DNA of 64,000 bases from Lentisphaeria bacterium (GTDB taxonomy: Bacteria; Verrucomicrobiota; Lentisphaeria; Oligosphaerales; CAITYL01): assembly GCA_041651315.1 (NCBI GenBank), contig JBAZJM010000003.1, positions 1 through 64,000 of the forward strand, given 5' to 3'. The number at the start of each line of letters is the position of its first letter. Within the stretch, counting starts at the first letter, position 1. A program made the position numbers and the translations under genes. This document shows, in pieces, positions 1 to 6,453 of this stretch. The notes under the pieces are model-generated. The model was not told the DNA's origin, did not search any database, and saw only the letters and a list, made by a program, of their open reading frames with translations.

Positions 1-158
1 ACCAGGAGTTGGTGCGTGTGTTTCTTTATTGAGTTTTTGCGGAGTGACGACATACTGAATGCATCCTGTGATCCATTCACATCGCCCCGTGACAACACCA
101 ATAAAGCCAGTGATAACGTCTTTAACTTGTGCCCCTAAAGCGATTTTTGCTTGTGCCA
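1..158 (-). CDS. hypothetical protein (partial; N-terminal part, continues beyond window start)
   Basis: Minus-strand ATG at 156-158 opens an ORF (MAQAKIALGAQVKDVITGF...) that runs off the left window edge. Confidence 0.3.
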
Positions 159-179
159 TGAGGGGAACAATACATTTAG

Positions 180-247
180 TGCCGATAAGTGGATTCGAAC
201 CACTACAGTCACGCATATGAAGCGCACCGTCACCCTGGAATACCGGC
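180..247 (-). tRNA. tRNA-Met (anticodon CAT)
   Basis: The reverse complement folds as a cloverleaf: acceptor GCCGGTA/TATCGGC, T-arm AGTGG-TTCGAAT-CCACT, anticodon loop TTCATAT. Confidence 0.65.
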
Positions 248-249
248 GT

Positions 250-337
250 TGGAAGCGGGAGTAGGAATTGAACCTATCTTAGCCTAAAGGCGTCGGGTTA
301 TGAGCCCGATGAGCTGTGCCGTCGCTCTGTTCCCGCA
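250..337 (-). tRNA. atypical tRNA with CAT anticodon (loop CTCATAA), long variable arm, encoded CCA
   Basis: D-stem GAGC/GCTC, anticodon stem TCGGG/CCCGA (GGG/CCC as in initiator tRNAs), a 15-nt variable region with an internal hairpin, T-loop TTCAATT, 3' TCCCGCT-T-CCA. The acceptor pairs only with a mismatch at 1:72. Confidence 0.5.
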
Positions 338-338
338 G

Positions 339-409
339 CGCCCTTGAGAGGAATCGAACCTCAAACAAACAACCTTCGGAGGGTCGTCGCCTAATCCATA
401 GGCAAGGGC
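339..409 (-). tRNA. tRNA-Arg (anticodon CCG)
   Basis: Acceptor GCCCTTG/CAAGGGC, anticodon stem CGACC/GGTTG with loop CTCCGAA, T-loop TTCGATT. Confidence 0.65.
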
Positions 410-413
410 ATGT

Positions 414-1067
414 TCAATTATAAAAACGACGAAGTGGAATTGAAATACTTCTTTTCATACACCTCTTTCTCACTGCATTATCAGAAACACCAATCATTTC
501 ACCAACTTTTCGCATTGAATATGCTTCAACCAAAGCTTTAAGTTGATCATCTGACGGCCAGTTTCCTTTAATTGCGCCTCCGGCAGGATTCGAACCTGCA
601 TCTTCAAGCTCCGCAAGCTTGTGCACTATCCGTTGTGCCACGAAGGCATAACCTCTACGATGAGTTCTTTCACGATGACAATTTGCACAGACTAAATCAC
701 ATTTTTTGATTTCATCAAGAATTTTTTTCTTACTACCCCATTTTATTAATTTTGATATATCACCATCTTTTATTTTGGGATCTCTATGATCAAAGTCCAT
801 TTGCCAAGGATTGAATACTCCACCACAATCTAGACAAGGACTCGTTTTCAAAGAATCTATTAATTCTTTGAGTTCAATCATTTTACGTTTTGCTTTATTT
901 ATATATTGATGGGGTTTTTTCTTGTAATGATCATTTACTGATTTTCGATGACATTCTCTGCATGTTGGATTCAATCCATCTTTTCGAGATTTGTTCTTAG
1001 TAAAATCTCTAGTTGGATCTTTCGGGTATTTACATCGACAACAAGTTTTAGTGTCTACGAATTCCAT
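414..1067 (-). CDS. HNH homing-endonuclease-like protein with C-terminal helix-turn-helix
   Basis: 217 aa with several CxxC/HNH-type motifs (CRCK..CRECHRK..CLDCGG..CANCHRERTH) and a C-terminal HTH (MRKVGEMIGVSDNAVRKRCMKR). The ORF reads through an embedded tRNA at 575-647. Confidence 0.55.
   Translation of the reverse strand: MEFVDTKTCCRCKYPKDPTRDFTKNKSRKDGLNPTCRECHRKSVNDHYKKKPHQYINKAKRKMIELKELIDSLKTSPCLDCGGVFNPWQMDFDHRDPKIKDGDISKLIKWGSKKKILDEIKKCDLVCANCHRERTHRRGYAFVAQRIVHKLAELEDAGSNPAGGAIKGNWPSDDQLKALVEAYSMRKVGEMIGVSDNAVRKRCMKRSISIPLRRFYN
575..647 (-). tRNA. tRNA-Arg (anticodon GCG), embedded inside the HNH ORF on the same strand
   Basis: Complete cloverleaf: acceptor GCCTTCG/CGAGGGC-type 7 bp, D GCAC/GTGC, anticodon stem CAAGC/GCTTG with loop TTGCGGA, T-arm GCAGG-TTCGAAT-CCTGC. 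Confidence 0.7.
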
Positions 1068-1092
1068 TAACCATCATAGACATAAAAATTTG

Positions 1093-1162
1093 CGTCCTCG
1101 GAAGGAATTGAACCCTCGCAAGCTGGCTTCGAAGGCCTGCCGCCAAATCCATTGGCGAGGAC
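1093..1162 (-). tRNA. tRNA, probably Arg (anticodon TCG), reduced D-arm
   Basis: Acceptor GTCCTCG/CGAGGAC, T-arm GAGGG-TTCAATT-CCTTC, anticodon loop CTTCGAA in a stem with one A.A mismatch. The D-stem CCAA/TTGG follows the acceptor directly. Confidence 0.5.
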
Positions 1163-1510
1163 TTACGTTGTCATGACTGAAGCTACTTGATATGCTTTAA
1201 TCAGCCCATCAAGGCATTGAGACCAAAGTTCATACTTAGGCATCTCAATTTTCCATTCAACTTCATCCATGATCGCATATGAGTTCAATTTCAGGTCATC
1301 TTCATCCCAAAAGATGCTGAAGTCATCTGTGTTTAGATGACCGATGACTCGTTTTGTTACTAAAGACTCTTCATTAGCCGTGATGATGCCGTGGCAAGCA
1401 TATAAAAATATTGCTACAGCGCCACTACCGACAATCACTGCCTCGATAGTTGCCAATTCTTCAAGATTGAATCTGAAAAACGAATCTTTAGAAAATAAAT
1501 CGCTTTTCAT
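1163..1510 (-). CDS. paralog family member 1 (hypothetical, conserved C-terminal WxCL...VASV motif)
   Basis: 115-aa ORF. C-terminus EMPKYELWSQCLDGLIKAYQVASVMTT matches the four ORFs immediately upstream; start/stop overlap with the neighbour. Confidence 0.6.
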   Translation of the reverse strand: MKSDLFSKDSFFRFNLEELATIEAVIVGSGAVAIFLYACHGIITANEESLVTKRVIGHLNTDDFSIFWDEDDLKLNSYAIMDEVEWKIEMPKYELWSQCLDGLIKAYQVASVMTT

Positions 1511-1827
1511 ACCAACATGACTGAAGCGATCTCGAGTGTCTTAGTTAGTTCTTCAAGACACCTGGGCCAGAATTCATACTTCGGCATTTCAATTTCCCAA
1601 TCACGATCAGCTTCAAACATCGGCTCAATGAAAATGAATCCGTTTTCATTGAATCGACCGATATCATATCTGAATGAAGGCCAAAGTTTTGATTCATCGA
1701 AAAGAGTACATGGTGTTCCATTACTGATATGACAAAGATCTATCCTGATGAATCCATTTATCATTCTTGCTTCAACAAATAATGACTCTTCAAGATCAAA
1801 CTTGAAAAATGGATCATTATCTGTCAT
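1507..1827 (-). CDS. paralog family member 2
   Basis: 106 aa. N-terminal FFKFDLEE and C-terminal EMPKYEFWPRCLEELTKTLEIASVMLV motifs shared with its paralogs. Confidence 0.6.
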   Translation of the reverse strand: MTDNDPFFKFDLEESLFVEARMINGFIRIDLCHISNGTPCTLFDESKLWPSFRYDIGRFNENGFIFIEPMFEADRDWEIEMPKYEFWPRCLEELTKTLEIASVMLV

Positions 1828-2219
1828 GTCAATATGACTGACGCGACGATTGCTGCCCTATTCAAAGCGTCTAGACACTCAGGCCAATATTCATGCTCAA
1901 GTATAGATGTAGCTCTTTTCGACCAGTTTATCGTCGTATCTTGAACAACTACATCATCAAGTAGTATACCAATCATTATTCTATTTGGTCTATAATCTGA
2001 GTCTACACATTCAACATAGACTCGAATTTCACCGTTACCCATTAAAGAGGCGGTAACCGCATTACCTTCGTCAAGTTCAAAATGGAAGAATTGATTTCCC
2101 GTTACTTTTTTCGGTTTATTTGGTATATGACTATTTAAGTGATTCTTTATTTCTATCGTGAAAAACTTCTGAATTTTATTCAGACGTTCATTGAAAATTA
2201 TCTTCATATCCGGCAGCAT
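1824..2219 (-). CDS. paralog family member 3
   Basis: 131 aa. FFHFELDEGN and ...EYWPECLDALNRAAIVASVILT motifs. Confidence 0.6.
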   Translation of the reverse strand: MLPDMKIIFNERLNKIQKFFTIEIKNHLNSHIPNKPKKVTGNQFFHFELDEGNAVTASLMGNGEIRVYVECVDSDYRPNRIMIGILLDDVVVQDTTINWSKRATSILEHEYWPECLDALNRAAIVASVILT

Positions 2220-2258
2220 AAGTTACCTTGGATACTAAGAAAATCCGAAGATTTTCAG

Positions 2259-2723
2259 TTAGATGAACATGACCGATGCTACTTCGAATGATTTATGAAG
2301 TTGTTGCAAGCACTCGGGCCAGTGTTCGTATTTTTCAACTTCTCTACCCCAATGAGTATCTTCACCATCATCATTATCGAGTCGTCTATAATCGATGGAC
2401 GAAGAACTCATTGTCCCGATCTTGATTTTGAAAGCCTTTTCTACATTCAATTGGTGAACGAAAATACTAGCTTCAAGTCCATCAACTGTCTCAGCCATGA
2501 TTTCGATAGAATCATCGAGAGCGAAATTGAAGAAAACAACGGCTCTCTGAAGATTAAACCCGGTCATCCCACGGGGATTGAAAACGCCAACCCCGATTGT
2601 TTCCGTGACTTTAAACCCGATAGCCCTATCAGCTTTATCAGCTGAAATGACCGTCAACTCAGTTTTAATCGGCATTCTTCCGATAAATTCAGGGCTTGAG
2701 AACGAAAATATCTTATTTGACAT
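2259..2723 (-). CDS. paralog family member 4
   Basis: 154 aa. FFNFALDD and ...EHWPECLQQLHKSFEVASVMFI motifs. Confidence 0.6.
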   Translation of the reverse strand: MSNKIFSFSSPEFIGRMPIKTELTVISADKADRAIGFKVTETIGVGVFNPRGMTGFNLQRAVVFFNFALDDSIEIMAETVDGLEASIFVHQLNVEKAFKIKIGTMSSSSIDYRRLDNDDGEDTHWGREVEKYEHWPECLQQLHKSFEVASVMFI

Positions 2724-2731
2724 TTAATATT

Positions 2732-3076
2732 CTACGAAAAGAGAACTGAAGCGACTTCGTATGCCTTAGTCATTTGCTTAAGGCATTCTGGCCAACTTTC
2801 ATACTTTCTCATCACATTTTCCCAATTATGAGTATCATCGGGGGAGAAGTCGACGCCCTTTTCGTCTAATTTACCGATAAGTACTCCCTTTGAGGGAGGT
2901 GAAATATTAGGGAAAGCATAAACACGCGCTCCGTCGTGTCTTGTCATCTTAACCGTGATTTCAACATTATTCTCAAGGAAAAAGCTGAAAAACTGATAAC
3001 CACCATCAGGCAATTCGAGAAATTTCACATCCCAAGTGCAATTGAAGAAAGCTGATATATTGGGATCAGTTGCCAT
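2732..3076 (-). CDS. paralog family member 5
   Basis: 114 aa. C-terminus RKYESWPECLKQMTKAYEVASVLFS. Ends with TAG. Confidence 0.6.
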   Translation of the reverse strand: MATDPNISAFFNCTWDVKFLELPDGGYQFFSFFLENNVEITVKMTRHDGARVYAFPNISPPSKGVLIGKLDEKGVDFSPDDTHNWENVMRKYESWPECLKQMTKAYEVASVLFS

Positions 3077-3093
3077 GATATTATTTTACAATT

Positions 3094-3168
3094 GGCGTCT
3101 CCAGTGGGACTTGAACCCGACATTTACGGCTTGAAAGGCCGTAATCCTAGCCTTTAGAAGATGGAGAC
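3094..3168 (-). tRNA. tRNA-Glu (anticodon TTC), CCA encoded
   Basis: Acceptor GTCTCCA/TGGAGAC, anticodon stem ACGGC/GCCGT with loop CTTTCAA, T-loop TTCAAGT, 3' GCCA. Confidence 0.7.
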
Positions 3169-3605
3169 AGAGTTTGTTTTCTCAGAGATTCGAGTGTTAC
3201 TCGATAAGGGCAAGTCATTTCATGTTCATCAGGATTCGATGAACTAAATTTTTGACAGTGTTTACATACTGAGTATCTACGTGTTCGTACTTTCTTTGAA
3301 GGTTTGTAAGTAGGAGACCCGTCTATTCCATCAGCATGTTCAATGACTGACGTATAAACGGAAAACATTATTTCACCATCAGTTTCAATAACTGACGATT
3401 TAAAAACTCTGTGACCTTCCATCTCAATTTCTGAGAGAAAGTCAGATAATGCTATAACTATCGGGTTTTCTTCATTATCGAATTTATCGTGATCGACAAT
3501 TGCTTGCACATTAGTAGTGCATTTCGAACCCCAAAGATCAATAACGCCGGCTCTCACTTCTTCACAAATTACATTTAGCGTCCCTGGCGGGATTCGAACC
3601 CGCAT
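3147..3605 (-). CDS. hypothetical Cys-rich protein (both ends overlap tRNA genes, true start and stop uncertain)
   Basis: 152-aa ORF containing CKHCQKF...CPY. Its N-terminus overlaps the tRNA at 3579-3652 and its C-terminus overlaps tRNA-Glu. Confidence 0.3.
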   Translation of the reverse strand: MRVRIPPGTLNVICEEVRAGVIDLWGSKCTTNVQAIVDHDKFDNEENPIVIALSDFLSEIEMEGHRVFKSSVIETDGEIMFSVYTSVIEHADGIDGSPTYKPSKKVRTRRYSVCKHCQKFSSSNPDEHEMTCPYRVTLESLRKQTLSPSSKG

Positions 3606-3652
3606 TTCTGGTTAGAGAGACCAGCTGCCTAAACCGTTAGCAAGACAAGGAC
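3579..3652 (-). tRNA. tRNA, probably Glu (anticodon CTC; unusual U37)
   Basis: Acceptor GTCCTTG/CAGGGAC, anticodon stem CTGGT/ACCAG with loop CTCTCTA, T-arm GCGGG-TTCGAAT-CCCGC. Confidence 0.55.
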
Positions 3653-3658
3653 ATTTAG

Positions 3659-3728
3659 TACCCCTGACAGGAATCGAACCTGTGCACACGAGTTTAGAAG
3701 GCTCAGTGCCGTATCCATCGGCAGGGGC
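3659..3728 (-). tRNA. tRNA-Arg (anticodon TCT) with C31.A39 mismatch
   Basis: Acceptor GCCCCTG/CAGGGGT, anticodon stem TGAGC/ACTCG with loop CTTCTAA, T-arm ACAGG-TTCGATT-CCTGT. Confidence 0.55.
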
Positions 3729-3732
3729 AAAA

Positions 3733-3806
3733 TTGGAGGTGAGTGAGGGAATCGAACCCTCCCATAACGGTTTTGCAGACCGTTCCGCTCGCCAGAGCAA
3801 CGCACC
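3733..3806 (-). tRNA. tRNA-Cys (anticodon GCA), CCA encoded
   Basis: Anticodon stem ACGGT/ACCGT perfect, loop CTGCAAA, T-arm GAGGG-TTCGATT-CCCTC, 3' ACTCACC-T-CCA. Confidence 0.7.
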
Positions 3807-3809
3807 ATT

Positions 3810-3881
3810 AGAGAGGCTCACGAGATTCGAACTCGTACCAACGCCATGGCAAGGCGTCATCCTACCATTGGACTAGAACCT
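3810..3881 (-). tRNA. tRNA-Gly (anticodon GCC)
   Basis: Acceptor GAGGTTC/GAGCCTC, D GTCC/GGAT, anticodon stem ACGCC/GGCGT with loop TTGCCAT, T-arm ACGAG-TTCGAAT-CTCGT. Confidence 0.75.
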
Positions 3882-3927
3882 CAAATTGATTATCGAACTA
3901 TCATTTGATTTATCTGTATGATAAATC

Positions 3928-4557
3928 ATGGACAATAATTCGAAAAAACAGAAAGCAAGAAAACTAAGAATCGATGAACGTCTTTCTTTAGAAGAAATAT
4001 CAAAAAGAGTTGGGATTGCTAAATCAACTGCATCTCTTTGGTTAAGGGACATGCCTTTAACCAAAGAAGAAAGAAGCATTAGAAATAAAATTGGTGCTCA
4101 ATTCAGTAGAATTCATCTCAGAAAAGACAGAGGAGAAGAATCAAAATATTACTTAATGGCTTCTAAAACAAGGGCAGCGTCGAATCATAAAGGACGTATA
4201 TCAGAATCAGCAGTAGCATTTCGATTATCTTTGATCGGACTTACTTTTTATATGTCCCCATTTGATGGGGATCATGTCGATTTTATTGTTGAAAATTCGA
4301 ATGGAAAACATTTGAAAATTCAAGTTCGATCTACTAGACGTACACATGATACCATGCCAATGGTTAGAATCAAACGTTATTGTGGAAATCGTAAAATGCG
4401 AAAATATGAACGTAATGACTGTGATATATTGGTTGCATACGATTTAAAAACAGACGTGGCTTATGTTTTCACATATAATGAATTAAATAATCGTACGAGT
4501 CATATAACGATGTGTCCAGAAGCTGCAGAAAAATGGGATAAACTAGAAATCGCATGA
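3928..4557 (+). CDS. HTH DNA-binding protein, possible nuclease-like C-terminal domain
   Basis: 209 aa. The N-terminus (LSLEEISKRVGIAKSTASLWLRD) is a helix-turn-helix. The C-terminal D..E.K-like segment (DHVDFIVENSNGKHLKIQ) suggests a PD-(D/E)xK-type fold, which is inference only. Confidence 0.4.
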   Translation: MDNNSKKQKARKLRIDERLSLEEISKRVGIAKSTASLWLRDMPLTKEERSIRNKIGAQFSRIHLRKDRGEESKYYLMASKTRAASNHKGRISESAVAFRLSLIGLTFYMSPFDGDHVDFIVENSNGKHLKIQVRSTRRTHDTMPMVRIKRYCGNRKMRKYERNDCDILVAYDLKTDVAYVFTYNELNNRTSHITMCPEAAEKWDKLEIA

Positions 4558-4853
4558 AGTGTAAAGTGAACCCGATGGGTCGTAAACACCGGGAATTCAG
4601 AAAATCAATCAAATCCCGACTCCTTCAGTTAGGGCTGAAGGAAAATGAATTTGGAGAATTGATTAGGAGAGTCTCTAAAGCAGAAGCTCGAAGAGTTCTG
4701 CTAGGACGACGCTTAGTTTATTTCGCAAGAGTCAGAGAATGTACTGACCTTGCAAGTAAACGAGCTACAGAAGACATTCAGGCGATAGAAGACGCTATCG
4801 CAATTGATAACTGGGAAAAGATGTTTATCGTTAGTGACGTTATGCTAACGTAA
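4554..4853 (+). CDS. hypothetical protein
   Basis: 99-aa ORF; its ATG overlaps the upstream stop (ATGA). Confidence 0.35.
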   Translation: MKCKVNPMGRKHREFRKSIKSRLLQLGLKENEFGELIRRVSKAEARRVLLGRRLVYFARVRECTDLASKRATEDIQAIEDAIAIDNWEKMFIVSDVMLT

Positions 4854-5283
4854 CCTGAACCAACTCGATTTTGATCTCTTCAGCAGCCGCAAAAATCTTG
4901 TCATCTCGATAGAATTCAAGATATTTGATTGATTTAATACCCGCGTTCACGAGAAGCTTGAAACAGATCCAACAAGGGCTAGCTGTTGTGTAACAAATTC
5001 CACCCTCGAGGCGAATTCCGTTTCTAGCAGCCTGGGCGATCGCATTTTGTTCTGCATGAACAGTGCGAACGCAATGTCCATCTTCCATCATATGTCCTAC
5101 GTCATCACAATGAGGGAGACCTGCTGCTGATCCGTTATATCCCGTAGCAATAATAAGACGTTGAGGGTTAACTATGACAGCACCAATGTGTTTTCTGTCG
5201 CACGTCGCACGAGTTGCTACATCTTGTGCGATCTTCATGAAATAAGAATCCCAGGGAACTCGGCTCATGCTTGGACTATACAA
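4840..5283 (-). CDS. dCMP deaminase (deoxycytidylate deaminase)
   Basis: Zinc-binding cytidine/dCMP deaminase motifs HAEQNAI and PCWICFKLL in a 147-aa protein. Confidence 0.85.
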   Translation of the reverse strand: MYSPSMSRVPWDSYFMKIAQDVATRATCDRKHIGAVIVNPQRLIIATGYNGSAAGLPHCDDVGHMMEDGHCVRTVHAEQNAIAQAARNGIRLEGGICYTTASPCWICFKLLVNAGIKSIKYLEFYRDDKIFAAAEEIKIELVQVTLA

Positions 5284-5303
5284 GAAAAGAGATCTCTTTG
5301 AAA

Positions 5304-5379
5304 TGGAGCGAATGGCGAGATTCGAACTCGCATCTTAAGGCTTGGAAGGCCTACACCCTGCCGTTGGACCACATTCGCA
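5304..5379 (-). tRNA. tRNA-Gly (anticodon TCC), CCA encoded
   Basis: Acceptor GCGAATG/CATTCGC, anticodon loop CTTCCAA, T-arm GCGAG-TTCGAAT-CTCGC, 3' T-CCA. Confidence 0.7.
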
Positions 5380-5455
5380 TGGAGCCGGTTACGAGAGTTG
5401 AACTCGTCTCTGTTCCTTACCAAGGAACTGCTATCACCACGATTGCTAAACCGGC
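5380..5455 (-). tRNA. tRNA-Thr (anticodon GGT), CCA encoded
   Basis: Acceptor GCCGGTT/AACCGGC, anticodon stem GTTCC/GGAAC with loop TTGGTAA, T-loop TTCAACT. Confidence 0.75.
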
Positions 5456-5460
5456 ATTAG

Positions 5461-5533
5461 TGGAGCCTACAGGAGTCGAACCTGCCACCTCTTGTCTGCC
5501 AGACAAGCGCTCTTCCAGATGAGCTAAGACCCC
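5461..5533 (-). tRNA. tRNA-Ala (anticodon GGC)
   Basis: D GCTC/GAGC, anticodon stem CTTGT/ACAAG with loop CTGGCAG, T-arm GCAGG-TTCGACT-CCTGT. Confidence 0.65.
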
Positions 5534-5540
5534 GTAAATT

Positions 5541-5612
5541 TGGTGGAGCTGCCGGGTATCGAACCCGGGCTTCGAGCTTGCAGGGCTCGAATCTAGTCCT
5601 CTAGACAACCCC
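5541..5612 (-). tRNA. tRNA, probably Ala (anticodon TGC; loop CCTGCAA with C33)
   Basis: Acceptor GGGGTTG/CAGCTCC with GU pairs, anticodon stem CGAGC/GCTCG, T-arm CCCGG-TTCGATA-CCCGG-type, 3' A-CCA. Confidence 0.5.
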
Positions 5613-5616
5613 GTAG

Positions 5617-5685
5617 TGGAGATAGAGAGAGTTGAACTCTCGACGAACCGCTGCGAACGGATCACCTAAACCCGTTAGTATCCCC
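5617..5685 (-). tRNA. tRNA, possibly Ala (anticodon CGC); short, with mismatches
   Basis: Acceptor GGGGATA/TATCTCC, T-arm GAGAG-TTCAACT-CTCTC, anticodon loop TTCGCAG in a stem with one T.T mismatch. Confidence 0.4.
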
Positions 5686-5692
5686 GTTATCT

Positions 5693-5763
5693 TGGCAGAT
5701 CCAGAAGGAATCGAACCCTCATCGTGAGTTTTGGAGGCTCACTTGCCGCCATGGCATGGACCT
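5693..5763 (-). tRNA. tRNA-Trp (anticodon CCA) with C31.A39 mismatch and reduced D-arm, CCA encoded
   Basis: Acceptor AGGTCCA/TGGATCT, anticodon stem TGAGC/ACTCA with loop CTCCAAA, T-arm GAGGG-TTCGATT-CCTTC, 3' G-CCA. D region is only TGCC-ATGGC-GGCA. Confidence 0.55.
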
Positions 5764-5764
5764 A

Positions 5765-6064
5765 TTAATCTGTCAGTATTTCACGAACTAAGCACTCGTG
5801 ACAAAGTGAAGCGGCATCCCAACCATGCCTATGATTGAAACAATGTTCTAATTTAAACGCATTTCGAGCTAGCATGCGTGCGAATTCATTACCATTCACG
5901 TCTTTTAATTTTGAAAATGGTAGCATCCATATTCGATTAGGGTCTGTCTTCGACTCAAACCCGAAATGACTTGTCAACTTCCAGTTGATGGATTCTACTT
6001 GCCCGCCATCAGTAATATGCTGACGGATGTTTTCGATAAATTCTTCTTCAGAATTGAAGATCAT
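5765..6064 (-). CDS. hypothetical protein (His/Cys cluster CFNHRHGW..CHEC)
   Basis: 99-aa ORF immediately downstream of tRNA-Trp. Confidence 0.4.
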   Translation of the reverse strand: MIFNSEEEFIENIRQHITDGGQVESINWKLTSHFGFESKTDPNRIWMLPFSKLKDVNGNEFARMLARNAFKLEHCFNHRHGWDAASLCHECLVREILTD

Positions 6065-6065
6065 A

Positions 6066-6281
6066 TTAGCTTGACATCACTTGATGAACTAGTACTTCAT
6101 CAATAGTCATTTTTGTTAATGATACTTGTCCTTTGAGTCCTAACAGATGTTGAGTTGATACTTGCATAATCAATTCAACGTCATGAGCATGTTTCCCACA
6201 TTTGACAAGAATATTTTTCTTGTCATTGTTTAGAAATCCACAGACTGCTTCTGCTTCACAGTTCTGTTCATCACATTTCAT
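6066..6281 (-). CDS. hypothetical Cys-rich small protein (start placed at an internal Met to avoid tRNA-His)
   Basis: The ORF at 6066-6347 overlaps tRNA-His. An internal start (MKCDEQNCEAEAVCG...) at about 6281 clears it. Confidence 0.3.
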   Translation of the reverse strand: MKCDEQNCEAEAVCGFLNNDKKNILVKCGKHAHDVELIMQVSTQHLLGLKGQVSLTKMTIDEVLVHQVMSS

Positions 6282-6302
6282 AACGAAAAGTACATGAGAA
6301 AT

Positions 6303-6378
6303 TGGGGTGGCATACGGGATTCGAACCCGTGTATAGCTGGACCACAACCAGCCCCCTTTACCACTTGGGTAATGCCAC
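6303..6378 (-). tRNA. tRNA-His (anticodon GTG), CCA encoded
   Basis: Acceptor GTGGCAT/ATGCCAC perfect, anticodon stem GCTGG/CCAGC with loop TTGTGGT, T-arm ACGGG-TTCGAAT-CCCGT, 3' C-CCA. Confidence 0.8.
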
Positions 6379-6380
6379 AG

Positions 6381-6453
6381 TCGGAGTGGTCGGAATCGAA
6401 CCGACGATATCTAGTACCCAAAACTAGTCCCTTAGCCACTGGGGTACACTCCG
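6381..6453 (-). tRNA. tRNA-Pro (anticodon TGG)
   Basis: Acceptor CGGAGTG/CACTCCG, anticodon stem CTAGT/ACTAG with loop TTTGGGT, T-arm GTCGG-TTCGATT-CCGAC. Confidence 0.8.

Noticed and set aside
2732-2734. Genome-wide TAG reassignment (alternative genetic code).
   Set aside because: TAG appears as a normal terminator for several well-delimited genes (2732-3076, dnaJ, 34496-34753, 6749-7384). Long conserved genes (polymerase, SNF2, MVP) have no internal TAG. So only local read-through, not recoding, is plausible.
3612-3876. ORFs 3612-3860 (minus strand) and 3682-3876 (plus strand).
   Set aside because: They run through four consecutive tRNA genes (Arg, Cys, Gly) and are artefacts of stop-poor tRNA sequence.
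5271-5665. ORFs 5271-5522 (plus strand) and 5417-5665 (minus strand).
   Set aside because: They overlap the Gly, Thr and three Ala tRNA genes.
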